This document shows positions 36,819-47,624 of a stretch of 64,000 nucleotides of DNA, one piece after another. The first letter of the stretch is position 1, and each line of letters begins with the position of its first letter. The DNA is taken from assembly GCA_000004985.1 (NCBI GenBank), contig GG738892.1; one strand, written 5' to 3'. The DNA is from Naegleria gruberi (lineage: Eukaryota). A program made the position numbers and the translations under genes. The notes under the pieces were generated by a model. It did not search any database. It was not told the origin of the DNA and worked only from the letters and a program-made list of their open reading frames with translations.

Positions 36819-37883
36819 CTACTTTTGTTCGTTGTTTTTTGAAATTGTCGTTGGTTGATCTGAATTGTCTGTAAACTGCATCAATATTTGTAAAAGATCC
36901 AAATTTTCAGAAGTAAAAGGTGAAAGCCCGCTCAAAAAACTTGAATTATCCATCTCGTTGAGAGTTTCATTGTTGTGAATGGAATATTGAGAGTTATTGA
37001 GAGAAGGTTCTGGATTTGGATCTTCATGCGTTAGAGGAGGATAAGGCGGAATGTCGGAGGGGATTGGCTGAGTATTACTTAACGAAAAGTTATTCGAATG
37101 TTGGGTAAAATTATGCATTATTTCAGAGTTCATTAATTCTTGTAAAGTCAATGAACTGTTTTGAAAATGTGCTGAAGTAGTGTTTTGAGAAGATTGGACG
37201 GATTGAGGCAAAACTTGCTGTTGTTGGGGTGGTGTAATCGATTTTCTAGAAGAATCCTCACTACTTTCAGATAATTTCGAATAAACTTGAAAGGTTTCCT
37301 TTTTGATAAAGCTTTCAGATGATGCAGAAGTGTTGCATGATTGTTGATCATGTGATGAATCTTGAGATGTTGTTTCTGATGGAATTATTTTAAAGGTTGT
37401 CACTTCATTAGACGAAACTCTGTCCATCTCAAAGTAATTCTTTAAAAGCTGATCGTTTTGGAGTGGTTTTCTCAGTCGTGTTGATTTCTTTCTTTTCCTT
37501 TTCGAAATTTTGTCTCGAGTTCTATTAGTTTCGTCTATTATTGAAACTCTTCTGTTTGAAGAAGTTTCGGATGGTTTTACATTAGTTACATGTTGTTGAT
37601 GTGTTTCACCTGTTTGGTGTTGATTAAGATCATGTTGATTCATTGTTTTTGGCTGGTTAGTTTCGGCACTCCATTGAATAGTTTCGTATTTTTGAAATTC
37701 ATTTCTTCTTTCCTGCTGTTGCAAGCTACTTTGAGGGTCTGTTGTTTGAACAGACATTACACGATTGTACTCTTCCTGACTAGTATTCGAATCTACAGAG
37801 AAATCAGACGAATGAACATCCTTCTCCTCTCTATCCATTCTTTTTTGAAGCAAGCACACAAGATTCATGGAGAGAGAACACAA
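36819..37883 (-). CDS. Paralogue A of the SIIDET...LLKNYF family.
   Basis: ..NRRVSIIDETNRTRDKISKRKRKKSTRLRKPLQNDQLLKNYFEMDR.. The basic region and LLKNYF motif are conserved with the neighbouring gene. The C-terminus is Q/S/N-rich. Confidence 0.5.
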   Translation of the reverse strand: MCSLSMNLVCLLQKRMDREEKDVHSSDFSVDSNTSQEEYNRVMSVQTTDPQSSLQQQERRNEFQKYETIQWSAETNQPKTMNQHDLNQHQTGETHQQHVTNVKPSETSSNRRVSIIDETNRTRDKISKRKRKKSTRLRKPLQNDQLLKNYFEMDRVSSNEVTTFKIIPSETTSQDSSHDQQSCNTSASSESFIKKETFQVYSKLSESSEDSSRKSITPPQQQQVLPQSVQSSQNTTSAHFQNSSLTLQELMNSEIMHNFTQHSNNFSLSNTQPIPSDIPPYPPLTHEDPNPEPSLNNSQYSIHNNETLNEMDNSSFLSGLSPFTSENLDLLQILMQFTDNSDQPTTISKNNEQK

Positions 37884-38764
37884 ACAACAACTTGTTTTGA
37901 TTCTTTTTTGATTTATTTTGTAAAGTTATTTGTTATTCGAATGAAGTAACAAACTGTAATGTTCGTTCAATTGCATTATCAAGGTAATGTTTGGAAGGTT
38001 GTAACATAAAAGACTTGCCCTAAGTGACATGATCAGTCGAAGCGTGATATATTCTATCAATTGTGGTTCGGTAGCTAAAAGCTGTTAGCTCTCACCCCCA
38101 AAAAGGTCAAACACAATTACGACATTATTTGCAAATGGAATACATGTATCGAATAAAAAGTGTTTCGCTATGAACTTGAACGAAAAGGCCATTAATGATA
38201 ATGTCTGATAGCATTGAACTGCTTGAGGTTCATTTTTAATCAAAAATGGCCATTACTAATTTGTATTTGAATCAATCAGTTCTCTCGTTTCTCGTTTACA
38301 AATTGGAGATTCTTATATTGGATATTCCAATGTTAGTTGTTCACAATATTGAAGTTTAATTATTGTCTAAAAGTGTGTTTCCAGTATTATTATTATTATT
38401 AGCACAGGAAGTCTCAAACGATATTGAATTCTTATTGAAAGGCATCATCACATCTCTCATCTTTACAATAAAATCTCAATAAATCTCAATACTGTACAGA
38501 ACAACAATTTTCAATGTTCAAGTATAGAACTTTTGCTCACATCAAACTGGCTCGCTACTTGAACTCAATTCCAATTTGTGCGACTTTAGAGCGGAGCTCA
38601 ACTCGAGATTAAATCCAGACACATTGAGCTTGTAGTTTTCACTACCCTAAGAGTGGATGTAGTTGGTGGTGTAGCCGGTAGCCGGTTACAGCCGGATGGT
38701 AGTGCGGGTAGTCGGAAGCTGTTGAATACACCTTCAAAGCCAAAAATTAATAAAAGTTCTATTT

Positions 38765-40195
38765 TTAAAATTTAACTTTATGGAAATTCATGAAAAACGA
38801 GTATTGGTTGAACATTTCTTTGCCAGCAATATTATGAATCAAACATTTACCAATTATTTGATTTAGTGCAACATAGCCTGTTGTTACATGAATGTTTGAA
38901 TCAATTAATCTATATCCAATAATTGGATGAACCGAAGAGAGACACTTTTTGATGTTGGTGAAATATACTCTTTGCTCTTTAACCTCAACAAATTGACCAA
39001 CAAGTAAGGAACCATCCTTTGCCTTAAATAAAATAAATTCTTTGTTTTGTACAATTGGAATCCATTTCTTGTTTTCAGATTGATTTCTTACCCAAGGATA
39101 ATTGATGTTAATTTGTTTTTGAAGTTTTTCAAAATTCGCTCCTCGTTGTTCTAAATTTTTGTGATTGGAAGAGTCATTAAATTGTTTGAAAACTTTGTGT
39201 TTCAATTCAAAAAGCAATGCCCAGAAGAACCTGGCATTTCCCCACTTCAAACAATCTTCAAAAATATGAGAATTCCAATGAAAATTAGGATTTGTAAAAT
39301 TACCATTACCATATAGGGAAATGACTTGTTTCCTGAAATTGAAATGTTTCAATTTTGCAATTTCAATATTTGAAGGTGAAACCAAATCTTGAATCAAAGA
39401 AAGTACGTATTCTACGTGATTTGACCAACATATTATATGTTTCTTCTTCAAACTGAATGAAACATCACAGTGATTCTTATTATTAATAAGAAAATCATAC
39501 ATAATTGGGCAACTAAAAACCACGAATTCCAAAAAATGATCTGCTGAACAATCATTGTAATCTTTTGCAATCATTTTCAAAGGTTTACCATGATTGTTTG
39601 TATACTTGTCCATAACAGACTGAAAATCACTTAAAATGTTGGTGTAATTGAAATATTTGAAAAATTTTTTAAGGTGTCTCCTTAAATCACCTTGAATAGA
39701 ACCATGCATTAATTCAACAGTTGAATTTTCAAAAATATCACAATCCTTAATTTGTAAAAACGGACACTTCATTTGAGTATTGTTACTTTGTCGAACTTTT
39801 TCTTTTACCTGTTTGGATTTTTTGGACTTGGAATCAATCTGCATATCTTTGATTTGAATATCAGCGACTGTAATAAACTTGTAGCCATTACATGAGGTAC
39901 CAATTGATAATTTTTGTTGCATTTCAATTGCTTCAGTAACAGTTCTTAAAGGATAGACTAAAGGTGTTGAAATGTCATTAGGACATTTACAATAATCTCC
40001 TTTTGGGCATTTACATTTAGAACATGTATAGCTTTCAAGAAATAATGATAGCCATCTTTGTACAGAATCCCAAATCCAAGGACCTATTAGAATTCGAATC
40101 TTTTCAATTGAATCAGTGTAAGAGTTATAANNNNNNNNNNNNNNNNNNNNNNNNNNNNNNNNNNNNNNNNNNNNNNNNNNATTATTATTTTCCAC
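38765..40195 (-). CDS. Intronless Cys-cluster protein of at least 476 aa. The N-terminus is interrupted by a 50-nt gap. It may be a transposase-like or mobile-element ORF.
   Basis: A continuous ORF in an otherwise intron-rich region. It carries the cluster YTCSKCKCPKGDYCKCP. Its flanks contain GC-rich degenerate repeats (38640-38700 and 40900-40990) and a tandem ~20-nt repeat (40730-40830). Confidence 0.45.
   Translation of the reverse strand: MENNNXXXXXXXXXXXXXXXXXYNSYTDSIEKIRILIGPWIWDSVQRWLSLFLESYTCSKCKCPKGDYCKCPNDISTPLVYPLRTVTEAIEMQQKLSIGTSCNGYKFITVADIQIKDMQIDSKSKKSKQVKEKVRQSNNTQMKCPFLQIKDCDIFENSTVELMHGSIQGDLRRHLKKFFKYFNYTNILSDFQSVMDKYTNNHGKPLKMIAKDYNDCSADHFLEFVVFSCPIMYDFLINNKNHCDVSFSLKKKHIICWSNHVEYVLSLIQDLVSPSNIEIAKLKHFNFRKQVISLYGNGNFTNPNFHWNSHIFEDCLKWGNARFFWALLFELKHKVFKQFNDSSNHKNLEQRGANFEKLQKQININYPWVRNQSENKKWIPIVQNKEFILFKAKDGSLLVGQFVEVKEQRVYFTNIKKCLSSVHPIIGYRLIDSNIHVTTGYVALNQIIGKCLIHNIAGKEMFNQYSFFMNFHKVKF
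40131..40180. other. Assembly gap.
   Basis: N-run. Confidence 0.99.
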
Positions 40196-40269
40196 AATTA
40201 ATTAGAGCTATTGTTATGTCAGTAAGATATTCAGCAATCTGTGGAGTTCTTTTAAAAGAAAGAGTCTAA

Positions 40270-40625
40270 TAGAATTAAAGAAAAAAGAGAAGCCAAAAAG
40301 AAAGAAGAATTCCAATGTAGAAGTTTCTAATATAGAAGGGGTTCCATCCTCAATTCAAGCAACAGCTATTCAACCTTCTACCTCTTCACCAACAAGAGAA
40401 CATGTCAGAGCCAACAATGGTCAATTCTCTTCATTGCAGAGCTATGTTGCAGAAGATGAACAAGTTGTTTTTTTAACACTTGTTAAAGATTGGATCAAAA
40501 AACCTGACACAAGAGCAACACAACCTTCAGCAGACGCAATTAATTTGCTTGATATGGAATCAGATGGTGCAGATCTTTATTCAGATAATGGTCAATCAGA
40601 CTCAGAAGAAGCACAACAATTGTAA
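40270..40625 (+). CDS. Hypothetical acidic protein, divergent from the Cys-cluster ORF.
   Basis: The frame is open from about 40270 and reads ..EVSNIEGVPSSIQATAIQPSTSSP..LDMESDGADLYSDNGQSDSEEAQQL. Confidence 0.25.
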
Positions 40626-40729
40626 ATAAATAAATCAGTTTTACTCAAATTATGAAAATTGTAATGGTCAACAGAGTAAATTAAGGGAAACTTTCAGTCA
40701 AATACCAACACACTAAAAGCCGCATAGAA

Positions 40730-40830
40730 ACTGAATGTTCACCGAATAGTCACTGAATGTTTACCATATAATAACTGAATGGTTACTGAATATTTATTGA
40801 ATAGTTACCCACCAATTTCATTCCTTTACC
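40730..40830. repeat. Degenerate tandem repeat with a ~19-21-nt unit.
   Basis: aaactgaatgttcaccg / aatagtcactgaatgtttacc / atataataactgaatggttactg / aatatttattgaatagttaccc. Confidence 0.6.
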
Positions 40831-41220
40831 CAACAATCAACCGACTACCAACCAACTAACACTGAACTAAAACGGTCAGGAGAGTATGGGCTGATATTCG
40901 ATTAATTTCTGGAAAATCGTTCAGTTGTTTTCGGAAACAAGTTGGGGAAAATTAGGGTTGTAGTCGGTGATAGTAGGGTTGTGGATGGGGTTTAGACGGA
41001 ACATAGCCAACTAAAAACCAACTATAACACTGTCTATTACCCAAGTACTCCACTCTTAGGACCCATGTGTTTCACACCACTACAACATACAACATCAAAA
41101 CAAATAGCTAAACATCATCTCTTAGAAGAAGTGCACCTTTGAATTTCTCTGTGCAATTCCGCGAGTTAAATACAACAAGACAATAATTAAATACTTTTTA
41201 ATATATATTCCAGATAGAAA

Positions 41221-42879
41221 ATGCCTAGAATTGGTATTGTAGGAGGTGGTCCAGGAGGACTTTCAACTGCCAGTATGTTTTATTTTGATTTTTATTATGT
41301 TTAAATACAATATTTTTTGTAAACTATTTAAAAACTATTGAAATACACTATTGAAATACTATTGAAATACTTAGTGATTTTGGCTAGTAAGGGATTTGAT
41401 GTAACCATTTTTGAAAAATCCAAAGTAATTGGTGGTAGAACTTCATCATTCAATGTTGGCCATTCCAAATTTGATTTGGGTCCAACTTTTCTCATGATGA
41501 AATTTGTTTTGGATAAAGTTTTTCAAGATGCTGGAAAGGATTCATCGAATTATATGAAATTCCAACAATTAAATCCAATGTACAGATTACAATATAATCC
41601 AGATAAGCATATGGATTGTTATGATTTAACACAAAAATCAAAAATGATTGGTGAAATGAAAAGATGTTTCCCACAAGATGTGAAAGGATATGAAGAATGG
41701 GTTGATTGGGAAACTCAAAGATATGAAAAGTTATTACCACTCTTACAAAAGGCTTACACTTCACATAGTGACGTTGTGTCAATGGACGCAATTCGTGCAA
41801 TTCCATATATGCAATTTCCAAAATCACTTCATGAAATGTTAGGTGGTTTCTATAAGGATCCATTGACCAAGTTATCTTTCAGTTTCCAAGCTAAATATTT
41901 GGGAATGAGTCCATATACTTGTCCTGCTTTTTATGGAATAATTCCATATGTTGAACATGCATTTGGTGTTTATCATGTTGAAGGAGGTCTTTCAGAAATT
42001 ACAAGAACTATGGCCATTGCTGCAACTGAGAATGGAACAAAGATTAAGCTTAATACTCCAGTGACACAATTAATTGTCGATCAAGCTAATAGACGTGTGA
42101 AAGGTGTCAAAGTTATGGAAGAAGGTCAAGAAGAGAATGAATATTATTTTGATGAAGTTGTTTTGAATGCTGACTTCCCTTATGCTGTAAATAATTTAAT
42201 TCCAAATGCTGAAAATTTAATGAAACAATGGAAACCAAGTAAGCTTGCCAAGATGAAATATTCATGTTCCACATTTATGCTTTATTTGGCACTTGACAAG
42301 GAATATCCTGAAATTCAACACCATACCATTTCATTTGCTGATGATTATGCTGCCAATTTGAAGGCCATTCAAGAGGGAAGATTAACAGAAGATTTGTCGA
42401 TTTATGTGAGAAATTCATGTGTTAATGACAAGACAGTTTCACCAAAGGGTAAATCTGGTATCTATGTTTTGGCTCCAATACCTAATCTCATTGATAGTCA
42501 AGGACAAATCGATTGGAATGATCAAAATACTGTAAAGAGATGTAGAGAAATTGTTTTGAACCATTTGGAAAAGAGAGTTGGAATGACTGATATAAGACAA
42601 CATATTGAAGATGAATTGGTCATTACTCCAAAGACATGGCAAAACAATAATATTTACAATGGTAGCGTCTTTTCATTGTCGCACAATCTCTTACAAATGT
42701 TATCCATGCGTCCAAGAAATAAGTTCAACGAATTGGAGGGATTGTACTTGACTGGTGCTCACACTTCTCCAGGTTCTGGACTTCCAACAATCTTTGAAAG
42801 TGGAAGAATGGTTACTGAACTATTGTGTAACAAATATGGTGTACAATATCAAAGATCTAGTTTGTTACATCAAAAATAA
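41221..42879 (+). CDS. Phytoene-desaturase-family (CrtI-like) FAD-dependent oxidoreductase. Two exons: 41221..41272 and 41365..42879.
   Basis: The spliced N-terminus reads MPRIGIVGGGPGGLSTAMILASKGFDVTIFEKSKVIGGRTSSFNVGHSKFDLGPT. This is a GxGxxG dinucleotide fold followed by the GGR...FD.GPT block characteristic of CrtI/CrtISO/RetSat enzymes. The donor is GTATGT and the acceptor is TTAG. Confidence 0.72.
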
Positions 42880-42893
42880 AAATCTAGAGTTTA

Positions 42894-44465
42894 TTGGAGA
42901 TCAGCAAGTTCAGTTTCCTTTTGCTTTAACAAATCAACAGTGCAAGCATATGGTGTTTCGAAATCCAAGTGATATTCACAAGTGGATGGTTCATCAACCT
43001 TACCCAAAACATTTTGAGGACCACACTTGAAGTGAACAATGGCCTTTCTGGCACCAACCTTCCAACAATGTTGACCATCAGTGAAGGACATTTGGTTAGT
43101 TTCAGTGTTGAATTCCTTAAAGTTACCAAGGAGAGTAGAGGAGTGACCTTCTTTTTGATGAGCATTATTGAATGGACAAACTTCATACTTGTATTTCTTT
43201 TGTTCCCATTCGAAACATCTTTCACTAATCTTGAAATATTCACCATTCTTACCATAATTGATAGCCAATTTCTTTTGGAGATCACTATGTGAGTTCTTTA
43301 AGGTGTCAAGTTCATTGTTAACTTCATTATACTTATTTCTAGCTTCCTCAGCATCTTTTAAAATTAAATTAAGGGATTGTTTGTCATGTACATTGTGGTG
43401 GAATCGGAGTTTATACAGGGAAATGATGTGTTTAAGGGATTGAATTGGTTCAGTAAGAATGGATGATAGGGCTTTGTTGATTATTTTAAAAATTTAAAAC
43501 TACTTACCTGGCAACTTGAAGTTATTAAGTTCATCATCATCAAAAAATTGGGCTGGTTCTTCAACTTTTGGAGGTTCAACATTTTCTCCAGTTGGTTGTT
43601 CTCCTTCAGTATTTTCTCCAGTTGGTTGGTCAACTGCAACAGGTGTTGGTGCTGGTTCTTCCTTTTCTTTGGCAGCTTGAGCTTCTTCCCAATCTCTCAT
43701 CTTCTTAGCTCTGAGCAAGTCCTTTTCGAGTCTTTCAACTCTTTCAGCTTCTTCCTTCTTTGTTTGCAATTCATTTAATGTGGTTTCCTTTTCAGTAATC
43801 TTGGATTGCAAATCATCTGATTGAGTTTTCATTTCAGCAAGCTTATTCTTACCATATTCAAGATCAGCATAGACAGAATGGATTGCTGATTTAATGGCAG
43901 CAATTTCATTTTGTAAACTAGCAACAATTTCCTTTCCTAAATCTTTACAGGTATCTTCACAAACTCTGAGAGATGCTTCACCCATAGAAGAGGCAAAGTT
44001 TTCATCGGAACCATCACAACAATCACAAACACCACTATTCAATTAATAATAATATTTAAATACATCTAAATGATCCTCGTATTCATGTACTTACTCGTTA
44101 ACCTTGCTGTGGGAAATGTATTGTGATTTGTAGTGCTTATTTCTACAATAGAATTTAACATCATCACTAAAAGAAAGATCGGAATTACTACAAGCACTTG
44201 TAGCTGGTTCATCACTTCCATCAGCACAATCACAATAATTATCATTTACAGAAGAGAAGGGAATTTCCTCATTCGATTTTAAACATTTAAATTTTTGGTT
44301 TTCAGATGTTTGTGTGTATTTATCCAACAAATCGCTTGGCACTCCGTATGTTGTTCTTTCCTTTGGAGTCAAGGATCCATTGACAGCAAAGATAGTGGCC
44401 ATCATCAGGATAACTACAACAGCCAACATACAACAACTAGTAGCTGAGGTTTTCATTGTATTCAT
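42894..44465 (-). CDS. GTB1: Glucosidase II beta subunit (PRKCSH/GTB1). Three exons: 44465..44095, 44030..43504 and 43367..42894.
   Basis: It has a signal peptide, then ..FKCLKSNEEIPFSSVNDNYCDCADGSDEP..SHSKVN|DGVCDCCDGSDE.. (LDL-A-like Cys/acidic repeats), a central coiled coil, an acidic stretch, and a C-terminal MRH domain (..FEWEQKKYKYEVCPF...CWKVGARKAIVHFKCGP...STCEYHLDFETPYAC). This is collinear with human GluII-beta as I recall it. There is no HDEL at the end. Confidence 0.8.
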
Positions 44466-44654
44466 TTTTTTAGGATTTGAAAAACGTGTTTTCTTTGTAT
44501 CGATACATAAAGATCGGAAGTAAGCTTTAAGAATCATCATCATCATATGAATGTCTAATATTATTGGTAGAAATAGATTCTGAATATCAAGGTGAATGAA
44601 TATAGATAATAAGAGAACATGTGAGAGATTAGAGAATAAATTAGAGTTATATTT

Positions 44655-46224
44655 TTAAACAACATTTTCAGTGGAAAAGTTAATTGGTACACAATCAAGT
44701 GTTTTCAAATTAATGAGAACAATTGTTGGACAAGAAACAAATTCAGGAACACAAACCAAACGAGATTTAGTTTCTTTCACTGTCACGAGGGTTGTTTCAA
44801 ATTTAGGGCAATTACCACAAATCATAATGTGGGGTGTATGTTTCATTATAAATGGATCAGTATCTTTGAATGGATAACATCCTAATCATAAGTTTCAGTT
44901 TTACAAAGATAATTATCAAATACTTACTCATGGTATCAGGGGCACTTGGTGCATAATGTCCCCATTGTAATAAGTTCTTCATTACTTCCAATCTAGAGGA
45001 GTAGGTTGAGTACTTTTCAATTTCTGCAACAGTTTGACCAGAAGTAACAAAAACACTGAGAATTGTGTTAAGATTAAATTTGAACAAATTAGAAAACTTA
45101 CTCCAATCCATTCTCTTGAATCAAATGTGGATTAGTAACAAGACGACATGTAGAGAAAGGGGAACTTCTTTGAAGCATAAATGGGTGGATAGGCTGTTGT
45201 GGAATAGTTACGTTCGATGGATCATTAGGACCAGGCATTACATCAACGTCAACAGTATTCACCAATTGTTCTACGAGTCCATCGAATGATTTCATGTGAC
45301 CAGCAATCGAGCTCAATTCTTTTGGTCTCAATGACTAGATTGTAAATATAATGTCACTCGAAGGAAAAATGTTGAACTACTTACACCTCTGACATCAAAT
45401 CTCTTTCCTTCATCTTCAGCTGCAATAACACCATTTCCTGCAATAATTACACGTGAAATCTTAGCTGCAACATCATTAACAAAAGCTCCACTTCCAGCTA
45501 ATCCATTAATAAAATCAAATGCCATTTGTGTGGCAACAACATCATATTTTGGATGACCAACACAAACGCCAGAAATTACAGCCAAATAGGCATCCTTTTG
45601 AGGAACTGTGATAGATCTTTGAGGTGGTGGATCATTAAAAACGATATCTTTGGCGATAAATGTTCCAGAACTATCAATTTGTCCATACAAGCCAGCAATA
45701 ATACCTGTGACTAATTGACTTGTCATTAATCTATTCTTCTCAGAGTTCTTACTTTCAAAAACGACATTACATCTCGAACCATTCAAATCTTCCAAAATTA
45801 AATAATCACTATCTGATACAAAGTTGTCTAATAATTCAACCTTCTCAGCTTCAAAGTTTTTTTCGGTAGTGAATTCTCTCAAAATATTTGGCTTTAGTTT
45901 CATTTCCTTGTAAAGAGTACCAGCAACAGTATATTCCACTCCCATAGTGAGATCCAACATTGATTTTGCTGTTGTGGCATTTGGATACATTTTAGAAATT
46001 TTCTTCAAGAGAGCAGGCTTCATAGTCTTGATTCTATGAGCATATAATTTAGAAAATTGTTGTGTAAATGTTTTATCATTTAGAAGGAAAAGATCCTTTG
46101 ATGCGGAGGTGTGTTGTGTCTGTTCTCTTTCAACTTTTTCAGTGTGTGTTGTACTTGCCGATGATGGCTTGTTTAAAAGTGAAGAAGAAGCAATATTGTT
46201 GGCCAAAGTTTTTGATGATGACAT
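44655..46224 (-). CDS. POL31: DNA polymerase delta small subunit (POLD2/Pol31). Multi-exon.
   Basis: ..RVIIAGNGV.. / ..VDVDVMPGPNDPSNVTIPQQPIHPFM..LVTNPHL / ..FVTSGQTV..LQWGHYAPSAPDT / ..HIMICGNCPKF..TLVTV.. are in the same order as the human POLD2 blocks RVILAGN / [25 protein letters not shown] / FLGTSGQNV..HISPTAPDT / HVYFCGNTPSFG. Confidence 0.8.
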
Positions 46225-46337
46225 TTTTTTTAAACTGGTTATTTTTTAAATATTTTGGCGGGGTTTTCACTTCTTGCAGGTATTGGAATTGTTCAATACA
46301 ATCCAAAGAGTAATTCAAAGTGATATGTTCTACAATT

Positions 46338-47161
46338 TTAATAACTCATTTCATCTGGTTGAGGACCCTCTTCTTCATCTGTATCATTGTAATAAGAATA
46401 ATAAGGAATATATTCACTGATAACATCGTTCACATTCGATTCTGCCTCTGTAAATTCCATTTCATCCATTCCTTCAGCTAAATACCAATTTACAAATGCT
46501 TTTCTTCTAAACAACTTTGAGAACTCCTCTGAAGTGAATTTCAAGTAGTTACTCATAGCACTTGAACTAGCCAGGAGAGAGCCACTTCTTTTGAATCCTT
46601 GTTGAGCAACTTTGCAATAGGAAGATTGAAAGTTATTTGGAATCCATTCATGAAAGTACGAGCTTTGATAAATACATGTTCTAAATAGTTCGTTTTCGGC
46701 ATTGGAGGTAGTAAAGTCTCCTCTAAAGGTGGCTGAACAAGTGTAATATCGTCCCTCTTTGGGATTGAGTGAGGCCAAAAAGTGCGAAGGAACCAACAAT
46801 TGGCGTACAATGTCTGTAAGTTGAATGTCAGTGTTATCCATCCCCTTAATTTGTTTTCCAAGAGGTGCCATTGAAGACACTAAAAAGTGAATACGAGGGA
46901 ATGGTATCATGTTAGTTGCCAGCTTTCTCATATCATTATTGACGAACCCATTAAATCTGAACGAGCAAGTTTCAGCACATAGCGACTGAGCAATAACCTT
47001 ATTCACATCTTCTAGATTTGCTTTTTCTAATTCAATCTTATTTCTACAAATATTATACACAGCTTCATTATCATAAAATTTCACATAATCAACAAATTCT
47101 ACAAGGTTTTGCAATTGTAGTATTGAGTTGTATGGTGCCAGCACTCCGTCTGACACGTTCT
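46338..47161 (-). CDS. Epsilon-tubulin-like protein, C-terminal half only. The 5' part is lost in an assembly gap.
   Basis: It is tubulin superfamily, with PYNSILQLQNLVEF..., NNDMRKLATNMIPFPRIHFLVSSMAPL and KAFVNWYLAEGMDEMEFTEAESNVNDVISEY. These match epsilon-tubulin blocks I recall from human TUBE1 (PYNSILAMKELNEH / NMDLNEISMNLVPFPQLHYLVSSLTPL / KAHLHHYLQVEGMEESCFTEA) better than alpha, beta or gamma. Confidence 0.6.
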
Positions 47162-47624
47162 NNNNNNNNNNNNNNNNNNNNNNNNNNNNNNNNNNNNNNN
47201 NNNNNNNNNNNNNNNNNNNNNNNNNNNNNNNNNNNNNNNNNNNNNNNNNNNNNNNNNNNNNNNNNNNNNNNNNNNNNNNNNNNNNNNNNNNNNNNNNNNN
47301 NNNNNNNNNNNNNNNNNNNNNNNNNNNNNNNNNNNNNNNNNNNNNNNNNNNNNNNNNNNNNNNNNNNNNNNNNNNNNNNNNNNNNNNNNNNNNNNNNNNN
47401 NNNNNNNNNNNNNNNNNNNNNNNNNNNNNNNNNNNNNNNNNNNNNNNNNNNNNNNNNNNNNNNNNNNNNNNNNNNNNNNNNNNNNNNNNNNNNNNNNNNN
47501 NNNNNNNNNNNNNNNNNNNNNNNNNNNNNNNNNNNNNNNNNNNNNNNNNNNNNNNNNNNNNNNNNNNNNNNNNNNNNNNNNNNNNNNNNNNNNNNNNNNN
47601 NNNNNNNNNNNNNNNNNNNNNNNN
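47162..47624. other. Assembly gap that truncates two genes.
   Basis: N-run. Confidence 0.99.

Noticed and set aside
38655-38700. The GC-rich segment ggtggtgtagccggtagccggttacagccgg looked like the 5' half of a tRNA.
   Set aside because: There is no T-arm (GGTTCGA-like) and no acceptor-stem complementarity downstream, so it cannot fold as a cloverleaf.
38640-41060. Terminal inverted repeats around the Cys-cluster ORF: cctaagagtgga at 38646 matches its reverse complement ccactcttagg at 41047.
   Set aside because: A single 12-nt inverted match is expected by chance many times in a 64-kb window and does not extend on either side. The weaker direct-orientation similarity of the GC-rich motifs is reported separately, with low confidence.
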